This document shows, in pieces, positions 10,266-20,400 of a stretch of 64,000 bases of DNA; position 1 is the stretch's first letter, and every line of letters begins with the position of its first letter. The stretch is taken from assembly GCA_943787795.1 (NCBI GenBank), contig CALSNU010000001.1, forward strand, positions 1,280,001-1,344,000. Reading direction: 5' to 3'. The stretch comes from an uncultured bacterium (GTDB taxonomy: Bacteria; Planctomycetota; UBA1135; GCA-002686595). A program made the position numbers and the translations under genes. Below the pieces are notes generated by a model. That model was not told where the DNA came from, made no database searches, and saw only the letters and a list, made by a program, of their open reading frames with translations.

Positions 10266-11903
10266 ATGGCGATTGAAGTCGAGGCCGCGGGGCAGATTGA
10301 TGAGTTCATTCGGGTCCTCAAGCGCAGGGTCTGGTGGATCCTGGTTCCCCTCTCCGTGATCGGTTCGCTCGGTGTTTTCTATGCCGTGGTCGTACCCAAG
10401 AAGTACGTCTCGAAGTGCGAGATCATGGTTCGCAACCTGAGCGAGCAGTCGGGGGAGTTTGGGCAGAACGCCGCTGCCATCGAGGGGCAGGTGGCCGCCT
10501 GGAATATCCGCTCCCACGCTCGCATCGACTCTGTCTTGACTCTCCTCAAATGGCCGGAGTACACACCGCTGAACAACGCCGAGAAGCACGCGTTCCGCGT
10601 GAATACGGTGCTCAAGGACCTGACCGTGGACCTGCCGCCGATGCCGAGGAATTCCGGGCGGCAAGCGGTGAAGCTGTCCTTCAAGAACACCTACCCCGAG
10701 CGTGCGGTGAGCTTCCTTGAGAACCTCAAGACCAGCTGGACCAAGGAGGTGCTCAATCGGCACCTGAATGAGCAGAACCTGGAGCTCAACGAGACGGACG
10801 ATCGTCTGAGGGATCTGAATGGCGAGCTGCGTGAGCTCCGCGAGACGATCACGAACATTCGAACCGAGAACTCGATTCCGCCGTCGGTGATGACGCTGCA
10901 GGGCGAGGTCGAGCGGCGCCCGCGGGCGTACGACGAGCGTGACGCCACCGAGTCGCGGATCCAGGAGCTCGCCGAGGGGATCCGGACCGCGGAAGATACA
11001 TTCAAGCTGAAGTCTGCAGAGCGCGACAGCTTGCCGCCTGAGGACGCGGTCGCGTACGTAGACAACGATCCGCTGACGATCAAGGTCAACGCTCTAGATG
11101 AGCGGATCAGCCGCGCCGAGTTGGAGGTCGAGAACAAGGGCTGGGCGCCAGGGCACAGCGAGCGGCGTAACGCTGAGCGCTTGATCCAGCAGCTCAAGTT
11201 GGAGCGGGACCGGGCGCGCATGGATCGCGACGACAACCGATCCAACAGGCAGGTGGTACGACCCAACTCAAGGCGAGTCCAACTCTCAGCGGAGCTCAGG
11301 GCGCTGGAGGTGAAGATGAACCTGGACACTCGGCGGAAGGAGGAGCTTGAGATTCGGCTCTCCGAGTTGATCCAGCAAACAGAGCGACTGAACGACGCCT
11401 TCAAGCAACTCGATGAGCTGACCGACAACCTCAGCGTTGCTCAGACAGCGAAGCAGGCCCTGTCTGCACGGGTCGAGACCCTGCGGGTTGAGGTGCGGAC
11501 GATGGAGAGTGAGCAAGGGAACCCCTTTGAGGTGCTGCTCGCTCCGACGCTCCCGACACGACCGACCTCGCCGAACCCCTGGGCCATCGCCATCGGCTCG
11601 ATCCTGTTTGGGCTTGGCCTTGGCTTCGGGCTCGCCATCCTTCTCGAGTACAGCAAGAACTGCTTCCGCTCACCGCGCGAGCTGTCGAGGGTCATGCCGC
11701 ATCCCGTCCTCGGGACGATCAACGCCATTCGGACCCGGCGTGAGCGAGCCCGCGCATTCCTGACCCGCGCCGCGCTGGGCGGAGGGTCGCTCGCCTTCGT
11801 CGGGGTTGTGACGTTCGTGACCTGGGCCTGGGCATCGGATCAGCAGGCTTTGAACGGCGAGGTGGTGCGGGCGATCGACGCCTTCCGGCGGCTGCTGATG
11901 TGA
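10266..11903 (+). CDS. Polysaccharide chain-length determinant / co-polymerase (Wzz/GumC-like, no kinase domain)
   Basis: N-terminal TM after LKRRVWW, long coiled coil, PTLPTRPTSPN then TM, FRSPRELSRVMPHPVLGTI, extra C-terminal TM. Confidence 0.88.
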   Translation: MAIEVEAAGQIDEFIRVLKRRVWWILVPLSVIGSLGVFYAVVVPKKYVSKCEIMVRNLSEQSGEFGQNAAAIEGQVAAWNIRSHARIDSVLTLLKWPEYTPLNNAEKHAFRVNTVLKDLTVDLPPMPRNSGRQAVKLSFKNTYPERAVSFLENLKTSWTKEVLNRHLNEQNLELNETDDRLRDLNGELRELRETITNIRTENSIPPSVMTLQGEVERRPRAYDERDATESRIQELAEGIRTAEDTFKLKSAERDSLPPEDAVAYVDNDPLTIKVNALDERISRAELEVENKGWAPGHSERRNAERLIQQLKLERDRARMDRDDNRSNRQVVRPNSRRVQLSAELRALEVKMNLDTRRKEELEIRLSELIQQTERLNDAFKQLDELTDNLSVAQTAKQALSARVETLRVEVRTMESEQGNPFEVLLAPTLPTRPTSPNPWAIAIGSILFGLGLGFGLAILLEYSKNCFRSPRELSRVMPHPVLGTINAIRTRRERARAFLTRAALGGGSLAFVGVVTFVTWAWASDQQALNGEVVRAIDAFRRLLM

Positions 11904-11953
11904 TGCAGTTGGACGCGCAGCGTTTCTTCGTGGGGAGGGGGGTCTAGAGCGCT

Positions 11954-13369
11954 ATGCGCGATCTCATCGTCGCTCTCTTTGGCCTGGGTGCGATTCCCGT
12001 GGCATTCACGCGGCCCATGGCGGGCCTGTTGGCGTTCTCAATCTTCGCCTATATGCGCCTCCAGGACCTGGCCTGGGGCTTCGCGAAGGGGCAGCGGTGG
12101 TCGTTGTATCTCGCGATTGCGATGGTCGCCGGTTGGTTCTTCCAGCGGAATCGGAAGCAGCCCATCTGGAATCTCCGGACCGGCCTGATGGTGTTCATGC
12201 TGGCCTGGACCTTCATCTCGCTCTTCATCGCCGTCGGCTTCGAGGCCTTCTCGACGAACTTCTTCGTCAACTTCGTCAAGGTTGTCTTCGTCGCAGTATT
12301 CACCACGGCGTTGGTCCAGCGACGTGAGCACCTGCGGGTGTTGTTGTGGGTGATCAGCATGTCCTTCGCCTTCTATGGAGTGAAGAGCGGGGCCCAGGCC
12401 ATCGTGACCGGCGGGTCGCCAATCCTGACCGGGCCGGGGGGCATGATGAAGGACAACAACGACTTCGCGCTCGCGCTTGCGATGGCGGTCCCTCTCATCG
12501 TCGGGCTGGCCACTTCGGAGGTGAATAACTACTACCGGCGTTGGCTCAAGATCTTCGTTCCCCTCACCTACCTGACCATCTTTGCGACGCGCTCAAGGGG
12601 AGGGTTCCTCTCGATCATGCTCGGCACGATCGTGCTCGTCTGGAGGTCCAAGAATCGCTTCGCCGGCTTCGCGACCTTCGGCGCGTTCGCCCTCTTGGGG
12701 GTCCTCGCTCTCCCTTCCAGCATGTTCGAGCGGCTCGATACGCTCCGGAACGTGGAGGCGGACGGCTCAGCCAACGGACGGCTCAAGGCGTGGCGAATCG
12801 CCGGGGAGATCATCCAGGACTACCCGGTGTTCGGCGTCGGCACCGAGCAGTTTCGCGAGCACTACCTCGACTATGGCGACCGAGCGGGGACCCGCGATGG
12901 CACGAGGGTGGTGCACAACGCTTACCTTCAGATCTGGTCCGAGTCCGGGACGCCAGTCTTCCTGGCCTACATGGCGCTGCTGGTGTCTTCCGTGCTCGCC
13001 GTCCAACGGTTGCGGCGACGGGCAGAGAGGGTGTACGAGCGGAGTTGGATCATCTCCTACTGCACGGCTCTGGAGGGGGCCTTGCTAACGTTCATGCTGG
13101 GGAGCGTCTTCCTCAATCGAGCACACTTTGACCTGACCTACCACCTCGTCGCGATGACGGTCGTCTTGGACCGCATCGCATCGGCTGAGCTTGACGCTCC
13201 CCGGCTCGCCGAGCGCGCGACGCCCGAGCGTGGAGGAGCCTTCCGGCGACAGGAGCAGTTCGGCTTCGGTCGAAGTCCCAGCGCTCGTCGTAGCTTCAGG
13301 AGCTCGCGGAGCGCGCCGACACAACTCGGTGGCGGCGCGGGCTTCGCTTCGCCCATGGAGTCGCCCTAG
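11954..13369 (+). CDS. O-antigen ligase/Wzy_C family protein resembling the exosortase-A-associated O-glycosylation ligase
   Basis: MRD start, multiple TM helices, DNNDFALALAM, TRSRGGFL, HNAYLQIWSESG. Confidence 0.85.
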   Translation: MRDLIVALFGLGAIPVAFTRPMAGLLAFSIFAYMRLQDLAWGFAKGQRWSLYLAIAMVAGWFFQRNRKQPIWNLRTGLMVFMLAWTFISLFIAVGFEAFSTNFFVNFVKVVFVAVFTTALVQRREHLRVLLWVISMSFAFYGVKSGAQAIVTGGSPILTGPGGMMKDNNDFALALAMAVPLIVGLATSEVNNYYRRWLKIFVPLTYLTIFATRSRGGFLSIMLGTIVLVWRSKNRFAGFATFGAFALLGVLALPSSMFERLDTLRNVEADGSANGRLKAWRIAGEIIQDYPVFGVGTEQFREHYLDYGDRAGTRDGTRVVHNAYLQIWSESGTPVFLAYMALLVSSVLAVQRLRRRAERVYERSWIISYCTALEGALLTFMLGSVFLNRAHFDLTYHLVAMTVVLDRIASAELDAPRLAERATPERGGAFRRQEQFGFGRSPSARRSFRSSRSAPTQLGGGAGFASPMESP

Positions 13370-13383
13370 GCGAACAAGACGGC

Positions 13384-15318
13384 ATGTGTGGTTTCACAGG
13401 GTTCGGCCTCCTCTCCACCGGGGGTCACAGTGACTTCGCCGCGGAGCATCGTCCACGGCTGGAGCGGATGAATCAAACGCTGGTCCACCGTGGGCCTGAT
13501 GACGGCGGCTACTGCCTGAAGGCCCCCTTCGGCCTCGGCTTCCGGCGCCTGTCGATCATCGATGTCTCCGGCGGGCATCAGCCGATCGAGGCGCCGGGCG
13601 GAGGGCTCGCGGTGGTGGGCAACGGCGAGGTGTACAACTTCCAGGCGCTGCGCGAGCAGCTGCAGGGAAAGGGTGCGCAGTTTCAGTCCGGATCGGACAT
13701 CGAGACGATTCTCCACCTCTATCAGCAGCACGTCCGTCCCGGCGGCGGCGAGGCCGGCGACCTCCTCGAGGTCCCGCGGGCGCTGGTGGGCATGTTCGCG
13801 TTCGCGGTGGCTGACTGGCGAGACCCGGATTGTCCCAGGATCCTCCTCGGCAGGGACCGGCTCGGCATCAAGCCTCTGTATTGGTGCGAGACGGCCGAGG
13901 GACTGTTCTTCGGGAGTGAAGTGAAGGCCATCCTGGCCGCAGGAGTGACCGACCGCGAGATGCGCCGCGAGGCTCTTCTCGACTACCTGGTTCAGGGGTA
14001 TGTCGGCGGCCAGAACAGCGCCTGGGTCGGGGTTCAGCGACTGCCCGCGGGGTGCGTGCTCTCATGGAATCCTCGAGACGGGGTCCGGATCCAGAGGTAC
14101 TGGGACCTCCCCCTCGACGAGCTCCGCGGGGCGCCGCCTGAGGAGGAGGTCCGGGAGTGGCTGAGCCGTGTGGTCGAGGACCGGCTCGTGGCGGAGGTGC
14201 CCCTGGGCGCGTTCCTCTCAGGCGGCATTGACTCGACGGCTGTCGCTCACGCCATGAAGGAGGTGACGGGCCAGGCGCCTGTCCTCTGCACCGTGGGGTT
14301 CCAGGAGAAGTCCCATGACGAGCTGGGGCTGGCCACGGAGACCGCCTCGGCGCTCGGCGCGGTCCACCACACGGAGGTCCTCGAACCAGACCCCAAGGCG
14401 GCGATTGAGGAGCTCCCTTGGTTCTATGACGAGCCGCTCGCGGACCCATCGACCGTGCCCACCTGGTTGGTCTCGAAGGTGGCGCGGAGGCATGTCACCG
14501 TGGCTCTCTCGGGCGACGGCGGCGATGAGATCTTCGGTGGCTATCGCCGGTATGTCCACGACGTCGCGGAGAACCGGATCCGGCGAGCAGCCGGCCCCGC
14601 GGGTCGCCGGGCGATGGGGGCCCTCGGTCGGCTCTATCCCAAGCTGGACTGGGCGCCGCGCATGTTCCGGGCGAAGACCTTCCTGACCAACACGGCGGAC
14701 GACCCTGCGCGGGCTTACTGGCGCAGCGTCTCGCACATGGAGCGAGGCGCAGCGGCGGCCCTGCTCGCGCCCGACCTGCGGCGCGCCCTCGAGGATCACG
14801 ACCCGTTCGACGCGTTCGAGGCGCACTACGCGCGTCCGGAGATCGAGTGCCCCCTCTATCGAGCGCAGTACGCGGACTTCCATACCTGGCTGCCAGACCG
14901 GATCCTCGCCAAGGTCGACCGGGCCTCCATGGCGGTCTCCCTCGAGGTGCGGGTTCCCCTCCTCGATCACCGCTTCGTGGAGCGCTTCGCTCACTCACCG
15001 GTGTCCTCGAAGGTCCAGGGCGGACGTGGCAAGCACGTACTGCGAGAGTCGCTCCGTGGACAGATCGCCGACGGGGTCCTCGACGGTGCGAAGAGGGGCT
15101 TTGATACCCCCCTCGCGGGATGGATCCGGGGCCCGCTGGCTGAGGCGACCCGGGATGCGGTCGAGAGCCTCCCGGAGGACTGGTTCGACCGGGGGCGGCT
15201 GAGGTCCACGCTCGACGCGCACATGTCTGGTGGCGTGAATCACGATCGGCTCCTCTGGAGCTTGCTCGTGCTCGACGCCTGGAGGCAACGTCACAGCGTC
15301 TCCCGGATCGGAGCGTGA
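13384..15318 (+). CDS. asnB: Asparagine synthase-like amidotransferase (EPS/XrtA-associated type)
   Basis: MCG Ntn cysteine, HRGPDD, RRLSIID, RDRLGIKPLY, LSGGIDS, ALSGDGGDEIFGGY, KVDRASMAVSLEVRVPLLDH. Confidence 0.93.
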   Translation: MCGFTGFGLLSTGGHSDFAAEHRPRLERMNQTLVHRGPDDGGYCLKAPFGLGFRRLSIIDVSGGHQPIEAPGGGLAVVGNGEVYNFQALREQLQGKGAQFQSGSDIETILHLYQQHVRPGGGEAGDLLEVPRALVGMFAFAVADWRDPDCPRILLGRDRLGIKPLYWCETAEGLFFGSEVKAILAAGVTDREMRREALLDYLVQGYVGGQNSAWVGVQRLPAGCVLSWNPRDGVRIQRYWDLPLDELRGAPPEEEVREWLSRVVEDRLVAEVPLGAFLSGGIDSTAVAHAMKEVTGQAPVLCTVGFQEKSHDELGLATETASALGAVHHTEVLEPDPKAAIEELPWFYDEPLADPSTVPTWLVSKVARRHVTVALSGDGGDEIFGGYRRYVHDVAENRIRRAAGPAGRRAMGALGRLYPKLDWAPRMFRAKTFLTNTADDPARAYWRSVSHMERGAAAALLAPDLRRALEDHDPFDAFEAHYARPEIECPLYRAQYADFHTWLPDRILAKVDRASMAVSLEVRVPLLDHRFVERFAHSPVSSKVQGGRGKHVLRESLRGQIADGVLDGAKRGFDTPLAGWIRGPLAEATRDAVESLPEDWFDRGRLRSTLDAHMSGGVNHDRLLWSLLVLDAWRQRHSVSRIGA

Positions 15319-15323
15319 CACCC

Positions 15324-16490
15324 ATGCGCATCGGTGTCCTCACGAGCCTCTATCCGTGCCCAGAGCGCCCCTTCGAGGGGATCTTCGCCGAGCGCAAGTG
15401 GCTCGGGCTTCGGTCGCGGGGCCACGACGTGACGGTCGTGCACCCTGTCCCCTGGGGCCCGCGCTGGGCAGCGCCCGTTCTCGGGGAGGCTCGCGCCTAC
15501 CTCGCGCGGATTCCGCGGAGTGAGGATCGCGGAGGGATCCGGGTCAAGAGGCCGCGCTTTGCTCACCTGCCCGGGCGCAGCGGAGGCAACGCCGGCCGGT
15601 TCGCCGCGGCGGGCCTGCGGGCGCTCCTTGGGCCCGGCGCCGAGCGACCTGACGCGGTGGTGTGCGACTACGCCTGGCCTGCCGCAGTCGCGGCGGCGGC
15701 TCTTCAGCGGCGCGGCATTCCCGTGCTGATCAATGGACGGGGGAGCGACGTCCTCCAGGTTCGCGAGGTGCCCTCGCTCGAGCCGCAGCTCACGAGCGGG
15801 CTTCGATGGGCGGACGGGTACACGGCGGTGAGCCAGGACCTCCTCGACGCCATGGTGGCGATGGGAGGGAGCAAGGCGGTGCAGGCCCTCACGCCCAACG
15901 GGGTCAACGACCAGCAGTTCGCTCCCGGCAATCGCCAAGAGGCGCGAGCGCGCCTCGGGCAGCCCGAGGCGGGGGACCTGGTGCTCTGTGTCGGGCACCT
16001 GATCGAGCGCAAGGACCCGCTGCTCGCCTTGCGGGCGTTCGCGGCGGGCGCCGGGGCTGGGGCTCGGCTGGTGTTTGTCGGCCGCGGCCCACTCTCGGAT
16101 GAAGTCTCGAGGGCCGCCGCAGCGCTCGGGCTGGAGTCCAGGGTGAGCCTCCTCGGTGAGCGCCCACCCGAGGAACTCGTGGACTGGTATCGCGCGGCCA
16201 ACCTCTTGCTGCTCACGAGCCGCCGGGAGGGGCGACCCAACGTGGTGCTCGAGGCCCTGAGCGCCGGTTGCCCGGTGCTGGCGACGAGCGCAGGTGGGAC
16301 GGGCGAGCTGATCTCCGATCCGCGCATGCTGGCCTCGACCCGGGACCCGGAGCAGCTCGGGAAGATGCTGCGGGAGCTCCTCGACACTCCCCCTGACGCG
16401 CTCTCACTGCGGAGCACGGTGGGGCACCTCTCATGGGCAGCCAGTATCGATTCGCTCGAGGGCGTGCTGGAGACCGTGGTTCGCGCGTGA
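15324..16490 (+). CDS. Glycosyltransferase family 4 (GT-B, TuaC-like)
   Basis: GSDV, PNGV, VGHLIERK, SRREGRPNVVLEAL (EX7E); GTG at 15315 is an alternative start. Confidence 0.92.
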   Translation: MRIGVLTSLYPCPERPFEGIFAERKWLGLRSRGHDVTVVHPVPWGPRWAAPVLGEARAYLARIPRSEDRGGIRVKRPRFAHLPGRSGGNAGRFAAAGLRALLGPGAERPDAVVCDYAWPAAVAAAALQRRGIPVLINGRGSDVLQVREVPSLEPQLTSGLRWADGYTAVSQDLLDAMVAMGGSKAVQALTPNGVNDQQFAPGNRQEARARLGQPEAGDLVLCVGHLIERKDPLLALRAFAAGAGAGARLVFVGRGPLSDEVSRAAAALGLESRVSLLGERPPEELVDWYRAANLLLLTSRREGRPNVVLEALSAGCPVLATSAGGTGELISDPRMLASTRDPEQLGKMLRELLDTPPDALSLRSTVGHLSWAASIDSLEGVLETVVRA

Positions 16491-16559
16491 GACCGCGGAG
16501 TCCCCGATCGGACTTCCGATGGGGCTTGCTCTTGGCCCGGTCCGTACGATGATCCCACC

Positions 16560-17417
16560 ATGCCCGGCGCACCCCGACACGCTCTCTCCTTCGACGTAGA
16601 GGAGTTCTTCCAGGTCGCGAACCTGAAGGCTGCCTTTCCGAAGGAAAGCTGGGACAGCGTGCCCTCCCGCATCGACATCGCGATGGATCTGCTCCTCGAT
16701 CTCCTGGAGCGGCGGGGCGCACGGGCGACCATGTTCTTCCTCGGGTGGGTCGCTGTACGGCGGCCGGACCTGGTGCGCAGGTGCCATGAGGCCGGGCACG
16801 AGATTGCGAGCCACGGGTGGGAGCACGAGTTCCTTTGGGACCTCGAAGGCGAGGATGGCTTCCGCGATCACCTGCGCAAGACAGAGGAAGCCCTCGAGGC
16901 GGCGGGGGTGCCGCGCCCGGTGGGCTTTCGCGCGTCCACCTTCACGCTCACGCGGGAGACCTGGTGGGCCTTCGACGTGCTTGCTGAGCGGGGGTACCTC
17001 TATGACTCGAGCGTTCACCCCGTTCGACACCCGACGTATGGCGTCCCTGACTTCGAGCCCGGGATCTCTACCGTTGAGACCAAGCGCGGGTCTATCGTGG
17101 AGTTCCCGGTGACTACCTTCCCGTTCGCGGGGAAGAACCTGCCCATAGGAGGCGGTGGGTACTTCCGCCTTCTCCCTGGAGCGGTCCATCGGGCGGCGAT
17201 CGCGAAGGTGACCCGTATGGGGCGCCCCGTGGCGATCTACCTCCACCCCTGGGAATTCGATCCGGGGCAACCGCGAATCGCGGCTCCCCCGCTCAAGAAG
17301 TTTCGCCACTACGTGGGCCTCAGTCGAAGCCTCGACCGGCTGGATCGTCTCCTTCAGACGTGGAGCTTCGGCACCATGCGCGAGGTCCTCGAAGGCGCGG
17401 ATGCGCTCGGCTCATGA
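16560..17417 (+). CDS. Polysaccharide deacetylase, XrtA-system/DUF3473 type
   Basis: SFDVEEFFQV, ATMFFLGWVA, HEIASHGWEH, YDSSVHPVRH..YG, GGGYFRLLP, YLHPWEFDPGQPR, FRHYVGL. Confidence 0.93.
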   Translation: MPGAPRHALSFDVEEFFQVANLKAAFPKESWDSVPSRIDIAMDLLLDLLERRGARATMFFLGWVAVRRPDLVRRCHEAGHEIASHGWEHEFLWDLEGEDGFRDHLRKTEEALEAAGVPRPVGFRASTFTLTRETWWAFDVLAERGYLYDSSVHPVRHPTYGVPDFEPGISTVETKRGSIVEFPVTTFPFAGKNLPIGGGGYFRLLPGAVHRAAIAKVTRMGRPVAIYLHPWEFDPGQPRIAAPPLKKFRHYVGLSRSLDRLDRLLQTWSFGTMREVLEGADALGS

Positions 17418-17471
17418 GGGCCCTTGGCTCTGGCGGCCAGCCCTTCGGTCTGCAGAGGTCCGGTGCTTCGC

Positions 17472-20400
17472 TCAGGGGGTTCCTGCTTCCTGCATGGCGC
17501 GCGTATGCAGGCCTCTCAGGGCGGTCATGACGGGCTCGCGGTAGGGCAGGCGCTCGGCATCGCTCGCCAGAGTCTCCTGGACCTTCGCGATCTCCAAGGC
17601 GTCTTCCGGGGTCCCCCGGCGCCTTAGCATCCTGAGGTAGAGCTCCCCCAGGACCACCGGGTCGACGTCGGTCGCGGCGCGCTTGCGGCCTTGCCAGAGG
17701 TTGGCCAGCCGTTTGACGATCTCGGAGAGGGGGGGCCTGTACATCCGAGCCTGCGCGAGTGAGCGGAGATAGAGCGAGCGCGCGCCGCCGCCCCCCTGGG
17801 CGCGATCTGCGATCGCAAGGACTCGGAAGACGTCCCTTACGCCGTCTCCGCGCTCGATCATGATCTCGGCCAGTGAGTAACCCATGGCCCCATTCGGGTC
17901 GATGGCCAAGAGCGCCTCGTAGATAGCCGCGGCGGCCTCGTCGTCCTCCATCTCCTCGGCGATCTTCGCCCGGAGGTTCCAGAGCTCCAGGTTGCCGGGC
18001 TCGTGGATGAGGTCGCGCTCGACGAGCTTCCGCGCAAGATCCACGCGGACGTCGATGAGGAGCTCAACCCAGCGTCGCGTGCTGCCCCGCCGCAGCGCCT
18101 CAAGGGGGCGCCTTGCCGACAGCTTATAGAGCTGATCCAGCGCTCCCTCGGCCCACTCTCCCCAGCTCCGCCGGGGCAGGCCTGAGAGCTCGAGTCGAGC
18201 CAGGGTCACCATGGGGTCAAGCGGATATCGTTCGCTGAGACGCGTCAGCATCTCCATGGCGCGCTCCCTTCCGATGGCGCCCCGTTGTTGGGCGCCGTTG
18301 GTCTGCGCTTGGACGGCGTAACGGATCGAGAAGAGGAGCGAGTCCACCACCACCGTCTGGAAGATCCCTGGGTCGCCCATCGCAGCGTCGAACAGGAAGT
18401 TGGCCGCGAAGGACGGCTGGTTCGCCCGGATCATCAGGATGCCGAGGATCAGTCGGGCCTCCGTCGTCGAGCTGCCGGCGTCCTTGAGGACGGTCTGGAG
18501 CGTCCGGATCGCCGAGGCGTTGTCATTCCTCCGAGCGAGGTCGCTGGCTTCGGCCAAGGCGACCACGACAGGGTCGTCGATGAGCTCTGCGCCCAGACTG
18601 ACGAGGCGCATGCGCCTCGCGCGAACCACCTCGGGGTGCATGGGCTCCGCGGGGTGCGCCGACTCAGCAAGCTGAACGGACCACTCATGTCCGGGACCGA
18701 ATTGACGATGCTTCTCCACCAATCGCTCCACGAGGTTAGCCCTCGCGGGTCTGTTTCCGCTGGCCTCCAGGGCCACGGCCTTGAGGTAGCTGGTCCAGAT
18801 GTCAGAGCCGGACTCGATGCGAATCTTCTCGAGGATCGGGAGGAGCCAACCGCTCCATTCCGGCAGGTCCGCGATGAGGAGGATCGCCAGGGTCTCTCGC
18901 GGGTCCCGGGAGGTCCGGCCCACGGTGCCCAGGAGGAGCTTCCTGGCATCGGCCACAGCGCTCTGCCCGAACCAGGCAGGCATCGATATCGGGTCCTTTA
19001 CGAGCGCGTCGCTGGCCGCAGCCACTAGTGCCCAAATGGGGTCTCGTTCGTTACGGTCCAGCCCCTCGCCCGCCATGCGCCTGCCGGCCTCCAGCCGTTC
19101 CGCGAGCAAGATCAATGAGACCCCCTTCTGGGGGGTGAGCTTGAATGAAGTGCGGCGCAGGCTCTCGATCTTCTCCGGGAGGTCCGTCCACTTGCGTCGG
19201 CTCACAGCGAGGAGAATGGAGGCAATCTCGGGCGTGCCATCCCGGAGGTAGGCCCTTGAACGCTCGATCGACTCCCGGGCGGCCTCGGGACCGCGCTTCC
19301 TGGAGGTGAGGATGTCGACCAGGATCCGTCGCCGATAGAACTCGGGGGTCCGCGTCGAGGCTTCCTGATCCAGCCGATCGATGATCTCGAGCGCCATCTC
19401 CGCCTGGCCCTTGCTCATGAGCAGGTCTGCGAGATCAAGATAGGTGCCTGGCGAGCCGTCGGCCCAGTCCAGGTCAAGGATAGGCGCGAGACCCCCGGGC
19501 CGATCGAGTTCGAGCAGGACGCGTGCCTTCAGGAGCGCGGCCTCCTCGCTCAGGAGGTGAGTCGGCCCAATGCTCGTGAGGTCTTTGAGTGCCTCCGCAA
19601 ACCTCTCCTCCTCCACGAGGGCCTTCGCCCGGAGCAGTAGAAGAGCGTCCGGAGCGCTGCGTGGGTCGAGCCGCTCAAGCGCCGAGCGCGCATTCTCTGA
19701 TTCGCCGTGCTCCAGGAACCAGCGAGCGACCGCGGCCTTGCCGAATCGCTCGGGGGCGGCCTGGATAGCCGCGATCAGGTCTTCTCCGTCGAGGCGATCT
19801 CCGGGGATGCGGTTCAGGATGACCTCGATGCTCTCGTCGATCCCTGCGAGCTCGATGCGCCTCACAATGTCTCGCTCGACGTTGTACCGGTTAGGGGTGA
19901 CGAGCTTGGCCGCGAGGGCAATATCCAGGGCAGGGATGAGGTCGGGGTGCTCCTTGAGGGCGCGATTGGCTGCCTGGAGCGCCGAATAGCTACGCTCATC
20001 CTCGAGGTGCTTGGTCGCGAGCAGTGCATACGCGGCGGGGCCGAGGTTGCGCACAGCTGGAATCGCCGTGTTGGTGCGATTGGCCTCGCTGACGAGGTCA
20101 CTGACGGACATCCCCTTGGACCTGATTTCCTCGCGACCCGCGTCCCACCACCGTTCGGCGAACTCGGCGTACCGCTGGGGCTCAAGATTGATCGCATCAC
20201 TCAAGGCGGTATCGATCTCGAACCAGGGGATGGGTACGCGCTTCGCGAGCGCCTCGGCCAGCTGCACCTTCTGATCTGCTGTCGGGCCTATCCTGGAGGT
20301 GAAGCCCCTGGTGAGCCCAAAGATCTCGGTCTCGACATCCCCGATGACCTGTCCGAGCTTTGCGAGCCAGAAGCCCGCCTCCGCGCGTGCACCGGGGAAC

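Noticed and set aside
10266..11903. Wzc tyrosine kinase
   Set aside because: No Walker A/B and no C-terminal Tyr cluster; co-polymerase part only
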